Shown: positions 20,011-30,214 of the stretch, one piece after another
Layout: each line of letters begins with the position of its first letter
How positions within the stretch are numbered: the stretch's first letter is position 1
Source: a virus
IMG/VR virus record: IMGVR_UViG_3300009008_000010
Coordinates: 32,001 to 96,000 of that record
Length of the DNA: 64,000 bases
Direction: 5' to 3' (one strand)
Notes under the pieces: generated by a model
What the model was told of the DNA's origin: nothing
The model's database searches: none
The model's input: only the letters and a program-made list of their open reading frames with translations
Translations under genes and position numbers: made by a program

Positions 20011-20474
20011 GCAGCGTTCCTTCCTGGTGGGTTGATATTTTTGAATTTATCTACAGTCTCACCAGAGTTTTGTCTGGCGGTCTGGAACAACTTCTCTAAT
20101 TCCGCCACTCTTTTCTGCAATTCCCCAATGTCTGAGGTCTGTTCTAAGTCCCTCAGTCTCTTTTCAAGTTCCCCCACTTTGCTCTGAAGCCCTTGTGATT
20201 GTATTTGGGTGTCTTGTTGGGCATCTTTCGCCTGTTGCGCACGGGGATCATGGTAAATTTGGGTTAGGTCGGGGTCATTGGGATTTACTTCGCCCCGTTT
20301 TACTTGCGCATCGAATTCCTTCTGTCTGTCATCATTGTCTTTTTTAGCTTGGATGGCATACATTTGTTGCAATTGGTCACGATTTAAAAACTTATTCATG
20401 TGCTTGTCATTAAAAAACACATGTTCTGGGTCTTCGTGCCAACCCGCTTCTAGGAATTGTTTGAATGTAAGCAT
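20007..20474 (-). CDS. putative internal virion protein (CTS-like N-terminus)
   Basis: MLTFKQFLEA; coiled coil. Confidence 0.6.
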   Translation of the reverse strand: MLTFKQFLEAGWHEDPEHVFFNDKHMNKFLNRDQLQQMYAIQAKKDNDDRQKEFDAQVKRGEVNPNDPDLTQIYHDPRAQQAKDAQQDTQIQSQGLQSKVGELEKRLRDLEQTSDIGELQKRVAELEKLFQTARQNSGETVDKFKNINPPGRNAA

Positions 20475-20492
20475 TAATTATATATACTCATG

Positions 20493-20981
20493 TTAAATGT
20501 TTGACCCTACAGCCATCGCAGCTTTTTCTAGTTCTGGTTTGCGATCACGATACCATGCTAAGATTGGTGGTGTATCAAGTTCTTTGCCTTCCTGAAAGCC
20601 GTTTATGAGGATATTTTCGTTGTGTCCTTTGGTGCATCCATATCTATCCATCCGATTGGCCGCAGGCCAAGGGGCGTCTACGCCATTTTTTAATGGATAG
20701 AGATGGTCGAAACAATAACCACAGAACTTATCATTACAAAAGCCGTTTGTATATCGGTCTGTTTCTCCATTTAAAAATGCCAACAATCTAACCTCATTGC
20801 GCACGGAATTTGTCCACACTTTGGATTTTTTGCATTTGCATGTCCGCATTTGACCAACATCGTAGATGTGTCTGGGATTGATTATGATTCCTGCGCCTGT
20901 TAATGGAGCATGGCAGAATTCACAGAATGCAGACTCGTCATTCATGTATTTTTCTGTCAGCAGCCATTCTTGAAAATTCAT
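20493..20981 (-). CDS. Cys-rich protein with CTS-like N-terminus
   Basis: Start MNFQEWLLTE after AAGGA; TATAAATA upstream; several CxxC motifs. Confidence 0.6.
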   Translation of the reverse strand: MNFQEWLLTEKYMNDESAFCEFCHAPLTGAGIIINPRHIYDVGQMRTCKCKKSKVWTNSVRNEVRLLAFLNGETDRYTNGFCNDKFCGYCFDHLYPLKNGVDAPWPAANRMDRYGCTKGHNENILINGFQEGKELDTPPILAWYRDRKPELEKAAMAVGSNI

Positions 20982-21014
20982 ATTGTTGTCCTTCTTTACT
21001 ATTTTATTTATACA

Positions 21015-21206
21015 ATGGCTTTTATTATCAGATGCAACAATTGTGGCCACAAAGTCTTTACTAACGGAACTAAGCCCGATTTGAAGGAAAAGGGCATGTT
21101 AGACAGAGAAATCCATAAAGGCTGTAAAACTTGTGGCGGTCCCAGGAAATTCAGATGTTTGAATTGCGGCATTGCTACAAAAATGATTAGGTTAATTAAA
21201 AGATGA
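21015..21206 (+). CDS. small Zn-finger protein
   Basis: Three CxxC motifs. Confidence 0.6.
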   Translation: MAFIIRCNNCGHKVFTNGTKPDLKEKGMLDREIHKGCKTCGGPRKFRCLNCGIATKMIRLIKR

Positions 21207-22345
21207 AATTCATACAGGCTAAAGATAGAGAACCATTTGAGGATTTAGGTTTTACTATATATAAATTTTCAAATCGTCCTCGCCCTAAAGACAAGCGTAG
21301 CATAACTTTAATATCATGTTTATCTGAGTTCGGGTGTGAGACACTGGGGATACTTTGGAATATCCCTATGATATGCCAAGAGCGAGCGGGACATTACAAG
21401 ATTGCGGTGGGTTGGTACGGTCGTGAGTATTTTTACAGGCATCTTGTTGACGAGTTTTGGGAATTAAAACCAAAGCACCAGTGGTTGCGAGATTATTGTA
21501 AGGCTTTTCACCATGAATCTAGGAATTTAACAAAACTAGAAGAGCTTTTGACTAATTATGGACATGTTGTAACGGCTCAACAAGTCGGCAATTATGCAGT
21601 TGGCAACAGATGTCAGGGGTGCGGTAATTTCTGGGGAGATATTAGCTATGTGACAGAGTGCCCCAGATGCAAAGGGAAGAAGATTCTCAGATCGCTGTTT
21701 GGAGATATTCCCTACTACAGAAAGAAATTCACTCCTATGAAGGCTCCATCTAAGGAAAAGCAAAAGATAGCTAAAGACTATTTGAAGCCTAAAACTGTGG
21801 GGGTTTTTGCGAGAGGTAGAAAAACTTATGGCAGGAATTTACAGCCAGAGTTTTATGTGAAGTTGATTAATCTTCTTCGGTCCAGGGATTATAATGTGCT
21901 TTGGTTGGGCGAGAAACAAAGCACACAGTCCTGTCCTGTTGAAGACATTTTGGATTATTCAAGGATGGAGCAGGCTAAGGATTTAGAATTAACTTGTGCT
22001 ATCGTCAAAGAGCTTGAATTCACTGTTCAATTTTGGACAGCATCAACTAGGCTTGCTGCCATGATGGGGACTCCTTATTTAATGTTTGAGAGTCCGATGC
22101 AAATATGGGGCGAGGGGCAGGAGGGTTATCGACTCTCTTTGTTGAAAAATATGGCACCTAGAAAGATGTCAATTAATCATTTTACCAAAGTATTAAACGA
22201 TCACGAGGGTTCAATGAAAGTGATTGAGCAATGCATAGATGAAATGAACCAGGGGGATTATTCCGACAACATAGGGCTTGTTGAAAACAAAGATTTTGTT
22301 CATAGCATGAAGACGTTTAGCAAACAGAGGATTAGTGATGATTAG
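21203..22345 (+). CDS. GT9-like GT-B glycosyltransferase with Zn ribbon
   Basis: GRNLQPEFYVKLI..L....YNVLWLGE, TASTRLAAMMGTP. Confidence 0.55.
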   Translation: MKFIQAKDREPFEDLGFTIYKFSNRPRPKDKRSITLISCLSEFGCETLGILWNIPMICQERAGHYKIAVGWYGREYFYRHLVDEFWELKPKHQWLRDYCKAFHHESRNLTKLEELLTNYGHVVTAQQVGNYAVGNRCQGCGNFWGDISYVTECPRCKGKKILRSLFGDIPYYRKKFTPMKAPSKEKQKIAKDYLKPKTVGVFARGRKTYGRNLQPEFYVKLINLLRSRDYNVLWLGEKQSTQSCPVEDILDYSRMEQAKDLELTCAIVKELEFTVQFWTASTRLAAMMGTPYLMFESPMQIWGEGQEGYRLSLLKNMAPRKMSINHFTKVLNDHEGSMKVIEQCIDEMNQGDYSDNIGLVENKDFVHSMKTFSKQRISDD

Positions 22346-23477
22346 TGTTCCAGAGTTTTTAGATAAAGCTGCTGATAAATGCGGTTTTTTACGAGAGAAT
22401 TATAATGAGGGTGACATTCCCACCACGGTGTCTAATGTAACGATTTTACCTTTTTTTGGCGATACTTGTTTGTCGTTTGTGTTGTCGTGTTTGCTTTTTA
22501 AATCGTATAGGGAGAGAATTAGAGGGTCTAAGTATTTTATTGTGGCCTCTTGGCCAGGACATAAAATACTTTATCCTGGTGCGAATGAGTATTGGTCTGT
22601 AAAAGATGCTTCATTGTTGAGGGGTTTTTATTCTAAATCCAATGGTTTAATTAATGAAAATCCTGCTACCATGAATTACATGAGGTTATTAAATCAATTC
22701 TTTGATGACGTGATAAATATAGATTCTTTGAAAGCATATTACAGCTTGGGACTTGGTGATGATTATATTGCTGCATTTGGAAAAATAGAGAGATCGATGC
22801 CTATGATTCCATCTTCTGGTGTCTTAGGTGCTGATTTTAACCGCATGTTGGCAAATAACACAGGTTATAAGATTTTAGTTTGTCCCACTCTTTATGTGAA
22901 GTCATGGAGAAATCATGGAATTGTCAACATTAAAACTCAGGAAGATTTCTGGGTGAGTTTGATTGATAGACTTAAGAATGAAGGTTACACTCCAGTGGTG
23001 GTAAATAATTATACCACACATGACCTGTCTGCCCGTTTGAGTGATGGTTGTATAGTTTTCAATGACACCGATCTCTCCAAGTTGCTTTGTGTTATGCGGT
23101 CGGTGAACTGTGTTTTAGATGTGTTCAATGATTTTTCAAAATGGGCCATTTTGGCAAGAAGCCCCTTTGTTTCTTGCACAGAACGACAGAAGTATATAAA
23201 AGCTAAGGACTATGAGATTGATGATTTAACCTGTTTGGATATGCTCCCTAAGCAATATATTTTCTCTTTCACTACTATATTAGAAAGTGCGAAAGAAGTG
23301 TGGGATATTAGTCTTTTTGACAACATAATAGCCCGATTGAATAAATTCATCCCTGAAATTGACAGGAGTAGGTTGCCTACAGGGTCAGCCATCACTGAGG
23401 AAGTTTCATATGAAAAGGTGAGAATTAGAAAGATAAAGCGCCTGGGCGCAAGATATATTAAAGTACGTCAAGATTAA
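22335..23477 (+). CDS. GT9-like GT-B protein (divergent paralog)
   Basis: FWVSLIDRLKNEGYTPVV, WAILARSP; same architecture as the upstream gene. Confidence 0.5.
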   Translation: MMISVPEFLDKAADKCGFLRENYNEGDIPTTVSNVTILPFFGDTCLSFVLSCLLFKSYRERIRGSKYFIVASWPGHKILYPGANEYWSVKDASLLRGFYSKSNGLINENPATMNYMRLLNQFFDDVINIDSLKAYYSLGLGDDYIAAFGKIERSMPMIPSSGVLGADFNRMLANNTGYKILVCPTLYVKSWRNHGIVNIKTQEDFWVSLIDRLKNEGYTPVVVNNYTTHDLSARLSDGCIVFNDTDLSKLLCVMRSVNCVLDVFNDFSKWAILARSPFVSCTERQKYIKAKDYEIDDLTCLDMLPKQYIFSFTTILESAKEVWDISLFDNIIARLNKFIPEIDRSRLPTGSAITEEVSYEKVRIRKIKRLGARYIKVRQD

Positions 23478-23535
23478 ACAAAATCGCATGATGGTTAGGT
23501 ACATCAAACGTGCGTGAAAATTGAGGAGACTTCCG

Positions 23536-23745
23536 ATGGTTAGAGTAGTTGCTAGAGATAGCGGCAACATGGATAAGGACAGGGCTTTTAAGGCTTTGTT
23601 GAGTGCTTTCAAGAACCAAGTGAACAAATCGGGCATTCTTTCCGAGTGCAAAAAAAGAGAGTTTTTTGAAAGCAAAGGTGAAAAAAGGAGACGAAGGCGA
23701 AAGGAAGCCATAAGAGAACATCAAAAGAAACTTAAGAAGCAATAA
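23536..23745 (+). CDS. rpsU: ribosomal protein bS21
   Basis: FK..V.KSGIL.E.KKREFFESKGEKRRRRRKEA; GAGGAG RBS. Confidence 0.88.
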   Translation: MVRVVARDSGNMDKDRAFKALLSAFKNQVNKSGILSECKKREFFESKGEKRRRRRKEAIREHQKKLKKQ

Positions 23746-23754
23746 GGTGTATAA

Positions 23755-24033
23755 ATGTCGAAAAAGTTAAGCATAATGTCTTTGTCGATCAAGCCGGAAC
23801 TACAAGAAAGAGCCAAGCAAGAGGCTAAGGAAGAAGGCATTTCCGCTTCCAAATTTCTTTCAGGTTTAGTCCAGAAATATGTTGTGGATAGGGATAAGTT
23901 AATTATAATTGAGAAGTCAGATGAGCAATTGCCCGTAGTACTCAAGATACCGCGTGGTTTAAGCGAACCAGAACTTCAGAAATGGCTACAAATTAGAGTG
24001 GGAGCCATTCAGAAATATTATAAAGAACAGTAA
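23755..24033 (+). CDS. ribbon-helix-helix DNA-binding protein
   Basis: MSLSIKPELQERAKQEAKEEGISASKFL. Confidence 0.6.
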   Translation: MSKKLSIMSLSIKPELQERAKQEAKEEGISASKFLSGLVQKYVVDRDKLIIIEKSDEQLPVVLKIPRGLSEPELQKWLQIRVGAIQKYYKEQ

Positions 24034-24531
24034 ATGTTGGAAATAGTGCCCCTTGATAAAATACCTGTGGCAGAAGATGTGCCTCTTGATAACCTTATGT
24101 CAGTCTATAAGACGTGTCTGGATTTGCAGGACGCATGTGAGTTTGGTGATGGTGTGGGACTTTCTGCCGTTCAGGTTGGTATAGCATGGAAGCTGTTTGT
24201 GGTGAGGTATGGCAACAAGTTTTCATATTTTGTGAATTGTAAATATGAGCCTTTGGTTGATCCTAGACTACGAACACTCCAATCCATAGAGGGTTGTCTT
24301 TCACTCCGAAAGGACGATGGTTCGTTTCGGAGTTTCTTAGTTAATCGCTACCCAAAGATAAAAGTTACAGGCAAATCTCTTGTAGTGGGAGAATATCCTG
24401 TAATACAGGATATAGATTTAAGACTGAGTGATGATAGGATGACAGTGGTTTTTCAGCATGAAATAGATCACCAGTTTGGCACTGAACGCCTCATATCTGT
24501 CATTGGTGAAGAAAAAGAAATTATTATCTAA
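24034..24531 (+). CDS. def: peptide deformylase
   Basis: GVGLSAVQVG, EGCLS, QHEIDH. Confidence 0.92.
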   Translation: MLEIVPLDKIPVAEDVPLDNLMSVYKTCLDLQDACEFGDGVGLSAVQVGIAWKLFVVRYGNKFSYFVNCKYEPLVDPRLRTLQSIEGCLSLRKDDGSFRSFLVNRYPKIKVTGKSLVVGEYPVIQDIDLRLSDDRMTVVFQHEIDHQFGTERLISVIGEEKEIII

Positions 24532-24577
24532 ATTATTGCATGAAACTATTTATTGTGCATAAATAACATGTGGAGTA

Positions 24578-25288
24578 ATGATGCACAAAAACGTTAAAGA
24601 TATTACAGGGCAACAATTCAACAATTGGACCGTTATTCAAAAAAGCGAGTCTCGTCAAGGTAAGGCGTATTGGTTGTGTATTTGTAGGTGTGGGACTGAA
24701 CAGATCGTATCTGGTTATAAATTAAGAAATGGTGCAAAAGGTTGCAGGCGTTGCGCTGGCGTAGAAGATTTAAGTGGCAGAAAATTCGGCAGTTGGCTGG
24801 TGTTAAAGAGAGACTATTCAAAATCAGGCAATGTTTATTGGTTGTGCCGATGTGATTGTGGGTTGGAGAAGCCTGTTTTGGGTTGTCACCTTGTTAGAAA
24901 TAAAACATTAAGTTGCAGAAAGTGTTCCAATCATAAACACAAGGGTAAACTTAACGGTACTTTGATTGCTAGAATCAGATGGGGCGCAAAAAAAAGAGGT
25001 ATTTTTATTGAAGACACAAATGCCTTTTTTAAATATGTTTATGATTTGTTTTATGAGGTTCAAGAAGGCAAGTGTGCGTTGACGGGTAGAGATATTACTA
25101 TTGCTAATTGCAATAAAGAGCAAAAGTCTGGAATGGCTACTGCATCGTTGGATAGAATTGATTCATCTAAAGGTTACGTGAGAGGAAATGTGCAGTGGGT
25201 ACATAAAGATGTAAATTTAATGAAGATGAATTTGGATCAAAAACACTTTGTTGATTTGTGTAGAGAGGTGGTTGAGTATGCTATCTAA
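24578..25288 (+). CDS. HNH-type homing endonuclease with repeated N-terminal DNA-binding modules
   Basis: Two D(I/L).G..F..W.V...YWLC.C.CG repeats; GKCALTG, SLDRIDSSKGYVRGNVQWVHKDVNLMK. Confidence 0.82.
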   Translation: MMHKNVKDITGQQFNNWTVIQKSESRQGKAYWLCICRCGTEQIVSGYKLRNGAKGCRRCAGVEDLSGRKFGSWLVLKRDYSKSGNVYWLCRCDCGLEKPVLGCHLVRNKTLSCRKCSNHKHKGKLNGTLIARIRWGAKKRGIFIEDTNAFFKYVYDLFYEVQEGKCALTGRDITIANCNKEQKSGMATASLDRIDSSKGYVRGNVQWVHKDVNLMKMNLDQKHFVDLCREVVEYAI

Positions 25289-25553
25289 AGAACATTTGAA
25301 TTGTTATTGTCTTCCTTACGGCGGTCCTTCAAGGTGCAAATACCTTGCAGAAGACGACAATCACATGGGAAGATTTTTCTGTCTTAAAAAATCTGTCAAG
25401 AAGAAAGTTGTAGATGCTGAGCTAAATGAGATTCTTAAAACCTTAAAAGGCAAAGGCAAAGATCCCTCAAAACAAGGCATCCCTCTAGGAAACAATTGTC
25501 CTGGTTTCATTTTGTTAAAAAACAAAGAGCAGGGTCTTGATGTTCAAGATTAG
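25278..25553 (+). CDS. hypothetical Cys-rich protein
   Basis: ATG after GAGGTG; four spaced Cys residues. Confidence 0.6.
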   Translation: MLSKEHLNCYCLPYGGPSRCKYLAEDDNHMGRFFCLKKSVKKKVVDAELNEILKTLKGKGKDPSKQGIPLGNNCPGFILLKNKEQGLDVQD

Positions 25554-26053
25554 ACTTTAATGCCAAACTTTCTCTGATTTCGCTTGATAACCATTAGTAT
25601 CTCTTTTTCGACACCGATGGTCATAGCTTTGCTGAATACAGCGTTTTCAACATCTATGTCGTTAAATTTAACCACCTCTTCAGCTAGGATTTCTAGCGCC
25701 TTTTCGTTCTTTGAGTATTTCTCTCTGTAATACATCAATAGGAACATTAAGACTATCACAATTGTGGCAAAGGCAAAGATCAACCCGCCCGATCCCTGAA
25801 ACATCTGAAATCCAGAGTTTTCGTTGCTGCTGTTGACTAAGCCTTGTTGTAGGTTGTTAATGCTATCGGCATTAATCTCGCTTTGGTGTTGAAGATTACC
25901 TACTTCTAAATTGATTGAGTTTTGCAATTCCTGCAACTCTTGAATCTGCCCTCCTTGGTTATCAATGTCATTCTGCATATCGCTGATTGGAGACATGTTG
26001 CCACAACCAGGGAAGAATAAAATCAGTGCAAGCAGTGCAAGTAGATTTTTCAT
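25550..26053 (-). CDS. lipoprotein with coiled coil and C-proximal TM helix
   Basis: MKNLLALLALILFFPGC; TM LIFAFATIVIVLMFLLMYY. Confidence 0.65.
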   Translation of the reverse strand: MKNLLALLALILFFPGCGNMSPISDMQNDIDNQGGQIQELQELQNSINLEVGNLQHQSEINADSINNLQQGLVNSSNENSGFQMFQGSGGLIFAFATIVIVLMFLLMYYREKYSKNEKALEILAEEVVKFNDIDVENAVFSKAMTIGVEKEILMVIKRNQRKFGIKV

Positions 26054-26170
26054 TTTATACCCCCTTGACTGTTATATATATGCTTCTGACCTCATAGAAA
26101 AATGGTGTTGACGAGATCAATTAAAGCGGCTAGAATTAAATATCATTTGACTTCGAGATAGGAGGCTCCG

Positions 26171-26518
26171 ATGCGGAAAGAGAAGGAAGTAAACTTTGAT
26201 GGGTTGGATGACAAACAGAAATGGGAGATTTGTAAGGATCTTATAACGTTATTTTTTTGCGACAAGCAATTTACATGGGGTGGGCCGATTCCGGCAAGTA
26301 AATTGCATTCAAACCGTAATGTCCGTCGTGTTATGAATACCACCATAAGCGAAGGCGTAAGTAAGTTCTACGCAGCAGTTTGGGATGAATGGCCCAATGC
26401 TCAACAACGGTTGGTGGATGTGTTGAATCAATGCGCTAAACGACATATCCCCAAACAGTTCGCTGCTGGTATTATGTTGATGTATTTTAATCTTTGTGAG
26501 GGTGTCCAAATTGCGTGA
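26171..26518 (+). CDS. hypothetical protein
   Basis: GGAGG RBS; TTGACG-N17-TAGAAT promoter upstream. Confidence 0.65.
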   Translation: MRKEKEVNFDGLDDKQKWEICKDLITLFFCDKQFTWGGPIPASKLHSNRNVRRVMNTTISEGVSKFYAAVWDEWPNAQQRLVDVLNQCAKRHIPKQFAAGIMLMYFNLCEGVQIA

Positions 26519-26804
26519 TTTGAAGTTAATATCTGGCGAGTTCTTTGACTTAACACTTCCAAAGGAGAAGTTGTATCTGCTCAAGTATTTTGATACGGAA
26601 GTGCAGTTGCAGTTTTTGTATTACTACCACATTTTCCGTTCTACAGACAGATTCATACAACATACGGGGCACCTTGTTAGCAAAAGGTGGTTGAATGACC
26701 TGAAGAACAAGTATGAAAAACTTGTAGAAACTCACGATAATGCCAAAAGCAACTTAGATTTAGATATTTTGGCTGAAATAACTTCGGGTAAATTTAAGTT
26801 ATGA
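26496..26804 (+). CDS. hypothetical protein
   Basis: ORF in a co-oriented run. Confidence 0.55.
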   Translation: MRVSKLRDLKLISGEFFDLTLPKEKLYLLKYFDTEVQLQFLYYYHIFRSTDRFIQHTGHLVSKRWLNDLKNKYEKLVETHDNAKSNLDLDILAEITSGKFKL

Positions 26805-26822
26805 GTTGCTACATAAGATATT

Positions 26823-27374
26823 ATGGCACTAAAATCATTTAAAGAATTTCTTGCACAGAGGGAATCTAGTGCATTTACCAGAACGAGAAAACAGGCAATG
26901 TTGGGCTTAGGGCCTGATATACCAGACGCCTCTACCCATTCTCGTTCAACTTGCGATCCCACTCTTCTCGATTACAAAGAGAAGCGAAAAAAGAAGAAAA
27001 AAGGCAAGAAAAAGAAAAAGAAGATGTTTGACGAATCTTCAGATGAATCTTTAAATGAGGCCAAAACCCCGCGTCCGGTCAACAAGCAGATTGATAAATG
27101 GTTGGATGCTGTAGACGGTTTAAAGAAAGATGTGGATGAGCTAGATGATGCTCCTGATGAAGACGAAGACGAAATCGGTCATCACATTCCAAGAGACGCA
27201 GATGAGCTTGAAGATTTAGAAGATGAAATCGGTGGCTTGGAAGATGATGTTGAGGATTTAGAAGACGACATAGATGATCAGGAAGATGACATGGAAGATG
27301 CGGCTGAAGAAGGCCCAAAATCCTTCCAGTCTTGGATGAAAAACAAGGATAAAACCCCACCTATAGACGCTTAA
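26823..27374 (+). CDS. putative internal virion protein (CTS-like; Lys tract plus acidic tract)
   Basis: MALKSFKEFLAQRE. Confidence 0.6.
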   Translation: MALKSFKEFLAQRESSAFTRTRKQAMLGLGPDIPDASTHSRSTCDPTLLDYKEKRKKKKKGKKKKKKMFDESSDESLNEAKTPRPVNKQIDKWLDAVDGLKKDVDELDDAPDEDEDEIGHHIPRDADELEDLEDEIGGLEDDVEDLEDDIDDQEDDMEDAAEEGPKSFQSWMKNKDKTPPIDA

Positions 27375-27402
27375 TAATTTCCTAGCCATAGTAAATATTA
27401 CT

Positions 27403-27921
27403 ATGGAGTTTATCAATGTTCCCCGGCTAGGGAAGAAGCGGGACGAATTCATTAAATTGCTCAACAAGAGAGTTGGTAAAGGCAATTGGTATTGGGCTTT
27501 CCAAATAGGGAAGAATCTCTATTCTTGGGAATTTGGCCTACAATTATATGAAGACTCCTATTGGCTTTATTTAAAAGATCACTTGACTTTGTTGAAAGAA
27601 ATCGTTACAAAGTATGGAGATGTTTACGTTGTAGATAAGAAGGATCTTAAATCGGGTCTTGATTATAAAAAACAATCCCAATACGAAGACCATTATGCTG
27701 ACATTGCTATCAGACGTTCATTGAGGCGATTAGGCGTTTGGTTCAAAGGGGATAAGTTGTTGAAAATATCAGAATCAGATTTAAGTGAAAACAAAGTGCC
27801 TTTTCATCTAACTCATTTATTGAAAAACAGACCAGTTGGAGACTTTTTAAATACCAGGGTTGCTGTAGTCGTCGTAGAAATAGGTGACAAGCATGAACTG
27901 GGAGAAAGGTTAATTAAATGA
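27403..27921 (+). CDS. hypothetical protein
   Basis: 172-aa ORF. Confidence 0.65.
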   Translation: MEFINVPRLGKKRDEFIKLLNKRVGKGNWYWAFQIGKNLYSWEFGLQLYEDSYWLYLKDHLTLLKEIVTKYGDVYVVDKKDLKSGLDYKKQSQYEDHYADIAIRRSLRRLGVWFKGDKLLKISESDLSENKVPFHLTHLLKNRPVGDFLNTRVAVVVVEIGDKHELGERLIK

Positions 27922-28068
27922 GAGAAGATGGTGAACCGATTACCACTGAACAAGAGTTGAAAGAGCTTTTGATCAGGATTCGTAAAGGATCGTTAGAAAG
28001 TGAAAGTGCCCGTGATTTTATATCGTGGGTGCAGGAAATCTTAATTGAACATCCATTATTAGAGGAGG

Positions 28069-28389
28069 ATGACGATGGAGAAGATGGAATTTCATAAACC
28101 TCGATTGCCCCATGTGACAATGAAGGAATTGAGGGAACAGGATGAAGTGTCGTTTGAAATAGTGATGACAGTCGTAAGAAATGCTGCATTGATGCTATAT
28201 CATGCTAATCCAGCTACTTACGAACTGGGCTTAGAAAAGTGCGAAGAAGCCATTTTAGACATGCTCGATGAAGGGACAGCTAAGATAATGTGGGATGAAC
28301 ATGATTTCGATCCAGAGGAAGATCGTGTTTGGATTGGGTATTTCCACTCCACTACTGGCGAATATCACCCTCCTGCATTTGCTGAATAA
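28069..28389 (+). CDS. hypothetical protein
   Basis: GAGGAGG RBS. Confidence 0.6.
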   Translation: MTMEKMEFHKPRLPHVTMKELREQDEVSFEIVMTVVRNAALMLYHANPATYELGLEKCEEAILDMLDEGTAKIMWDEHDFDPEEDRVWIGYFHSTTGEYHPPAFAE

Positions 28390-28391
28390 CT

Positions 28392-28862
28392 ATGAACTGG
28401 GACGAATATTTTTTCGATATAATCGAATCTGTATTAAAAAAATCTAAAGATCCAAGCACTCGCGTTGGGTCCATAATTGTTTCCCCAGACCATGAAATCG
28501 TCTCTACTGGTTTCAATGGTTTTCCTAAACGTGTTCAGGATGTTTCTAATAACCTCAAAAATATTGAGGCGAGATATGAGCGATCCCAGAAGTTGCTTTT
28601 CACAGAACATGCTGAAAGGAACGCCATTTACGCCGCCGCCCGCAGAGGTACACCATTAGATGGATGCACAATCTATGTTGATTGGACCCCTTGTGCAGAT
28701 TGCATGAGGGGTATTATTCAGTCTGGGATTGTAGAAGTTGTTCTTAATGGGCGCAGCGAATCATTTAATAATGAGGCGCTACAGAAAAGGTGGGCAGATC
28801 ACATCGAATGCTCAAATACTATGGCAAGTGAGGCCGGTGTTTTGATAAGGGTGTGGAAATAG
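28392..28862 (+). CDS. dCMP deaminase
   Basis: WDEYF, SKDPSTRVG, TGFNGFP, HAERNAI, PCADC. Confidence 0.93.
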   Translation: MNWDEYFFDIIESVLKKSKDPSTRVGSIIVSPDHEIVSTGFNGFPKRVQDVSNNLKNIEARYERSQKLLFTEHAERNAIYAAARRGTPLDGCTIYVDWTPCADCMRGIIQSGIVEVVLNGRSESFNNEALQKRWADHIECSNTMASEAGVLIRVWK

Positions 28863-28889
28863 ATTTTATTGGTGATATATACCTTTACT

Positions 28890-29678
28890 ATGACATGTAA
28901 AAGCTCAGGATGTGGAAATACGATGGATGCCCCGATTGTTCGCAATTCAGGGTGTCCCGACAAATTTGGATGTGGCCCAGATGTTTGCCCAGATTTTGTA
29001 ATAAGGCGAAATGATTCTCTGCCTTCTTTCAAGTTGCTTGTCGAAGATTGCGATGGGCCGCTAGATTTAGAGGACGAAGACATCATTGTTGAAGCCAATA
29101 TGTGGGCCAGAGTAAAATTAAAGGCCGCTCTTACCGCAGATGCTACGTCATTTAGACTAGCAGATGATATTGGGTTTGAGCAGGTAATGACTGGGGATAT
29201 TATTATTATGGAACGGGTTCGTGCGCCCGAACATATGATAGTCACTGGATTTGATGAAGTGAATAAATTGATTCATGTTACTCGTGGCTACAATGCTACT
29301 ATACCCTCAGCGTGGAAAAAAGGGGCGGTTATGAGGGTTTTTCGCATGATAAATGCCCCAGCCGCAATTGAGTTAATTAAGCAAGATATACTAAGCCCTG
29401 ATGGGTCTACAGAAGAAGATGTTTTAACAGATACTTTTTTGGTGTATGAGTGGAATACTGGTAACACCTGTCTTCCTGGTTGTTATTATTTTGAGTTTAA
29501 AGTGTTGAAGCAAGAAGAAGGTGCTGAACCACATACACACACACCAAGCGTAAGTTCTACTCCAAGCGTCAGTTCAATTCCCTGCGGGGCTACTGGCATT
29601 GAGTGGATAAGAAGGTTCCCTGTATCGGGAGAGGGGTTTTTAATTCAAATAGTTGATTCTCCAACATCGGAACCGTAA
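28890..29678 (+). CDS. putative virion structural protein (BppU-like domain)
   Basis: IRRNDSLPSF...GPLDL...YEW..GNT..PG.YYFEFKV. Confidence 0.45.
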   Translation: MTCKSSGCGNTMDAPIVRNSGCPDKFGCGPDVCPDFVIRRNDSLPSFKLLVEDCDGPLDLEDEDIIVEANMWARVKLKAALTADATSFRLADDIGFEQVMTGDIIIMERVRAPEHMIVTGFDEVNKLIHVTRGYNATIPSAWKKGAVMRVFRMINAPAAIELIKQDILSPDGSTEEDVLTDTFLVYEWNTGNTCLPGCYYFEFKVLKQEEGAEPHTHTPSVSSTPSVSSIPCGATGIEWIRRFPVSGEGFLIQIVDSPTSEP

Positions 29679-29691
29679 AACGAAACGAAAT

Positions 29692-30213
29692 ATGAAAAAG
29701 AAAGAAAAAAACAAGTTCACAAGAGTAAACGATCAGATTAGAATTTCTCCTGTTCGTGTTGTAAAAGATGGTGAACAATTAGGCGTTATGCCTTTAGATA
29801 AAGCTAAAAGGCTGGCCAGAAATGCAAAGCTGGATCTCGTAGAGATAGCTCCGCAAGCCAGACCACCAGTTTGTAATATTATTGATTATGGTAAATTTCG
29901 TTACCAGCAATCAATTAAAGAAAAAGAGATAAAACAAAAATCCAAGACTTCAGAAGTTAAAGAAATTCGTCTTTCGCCTAAAATTGCTGTTCACGATATA
30001 GATACGAAAACGAAAGCGGCTCGCAAGTTTTTAGAGCAAGGTAAGAAGGTGCAGTTTAATTTACTATTTAAAGGTCGTGACTTAGCACATAAAGACACGG
30101 GCTTTGCAGTGGTTAAAAGAATGGCAGAAAACCTTGAGGACGTTGCTCAAGTAGAATTGAAACCTAAACTCGATGGCAAACGTCTTATATGTAGACTTGA
30201 ACCCAAAAGGTAA
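29692..30213 (+). CDS. infC: translation initiation factor IF-3
   Basis: RVNDQIRISPVRVV, LDLVEIAPQARPPVC.IIDYGKFRY, KEIRLSPKI..HD. Confidence 0.95.
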   Translation: MKKKEKNKFTRVNDQIRISPVRVVKDGEQLGVMPLDKAKRLARNAKLDLVEIAPQARPPVCNIIDYGKFRYQQSIKEKEIKQKSKTSEVKEIRLSPKIAVHDIDTKTKAARKFLEQGKKVQFNLLFKGRDLAHKDTGFAVVKRMAENLEDVAQVELKPKLDGKRLICRLEPKR

Positions 30214-30214
30214 C

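Noticed and set aside
24525-24580. RBS-sequestering hairpin before the third HNH gene
   Set aside because: Only weak, bulged pairing (TTATTGCATG with CATGTGGAGTAA); not convincing by eye, although CATAAATA is present.
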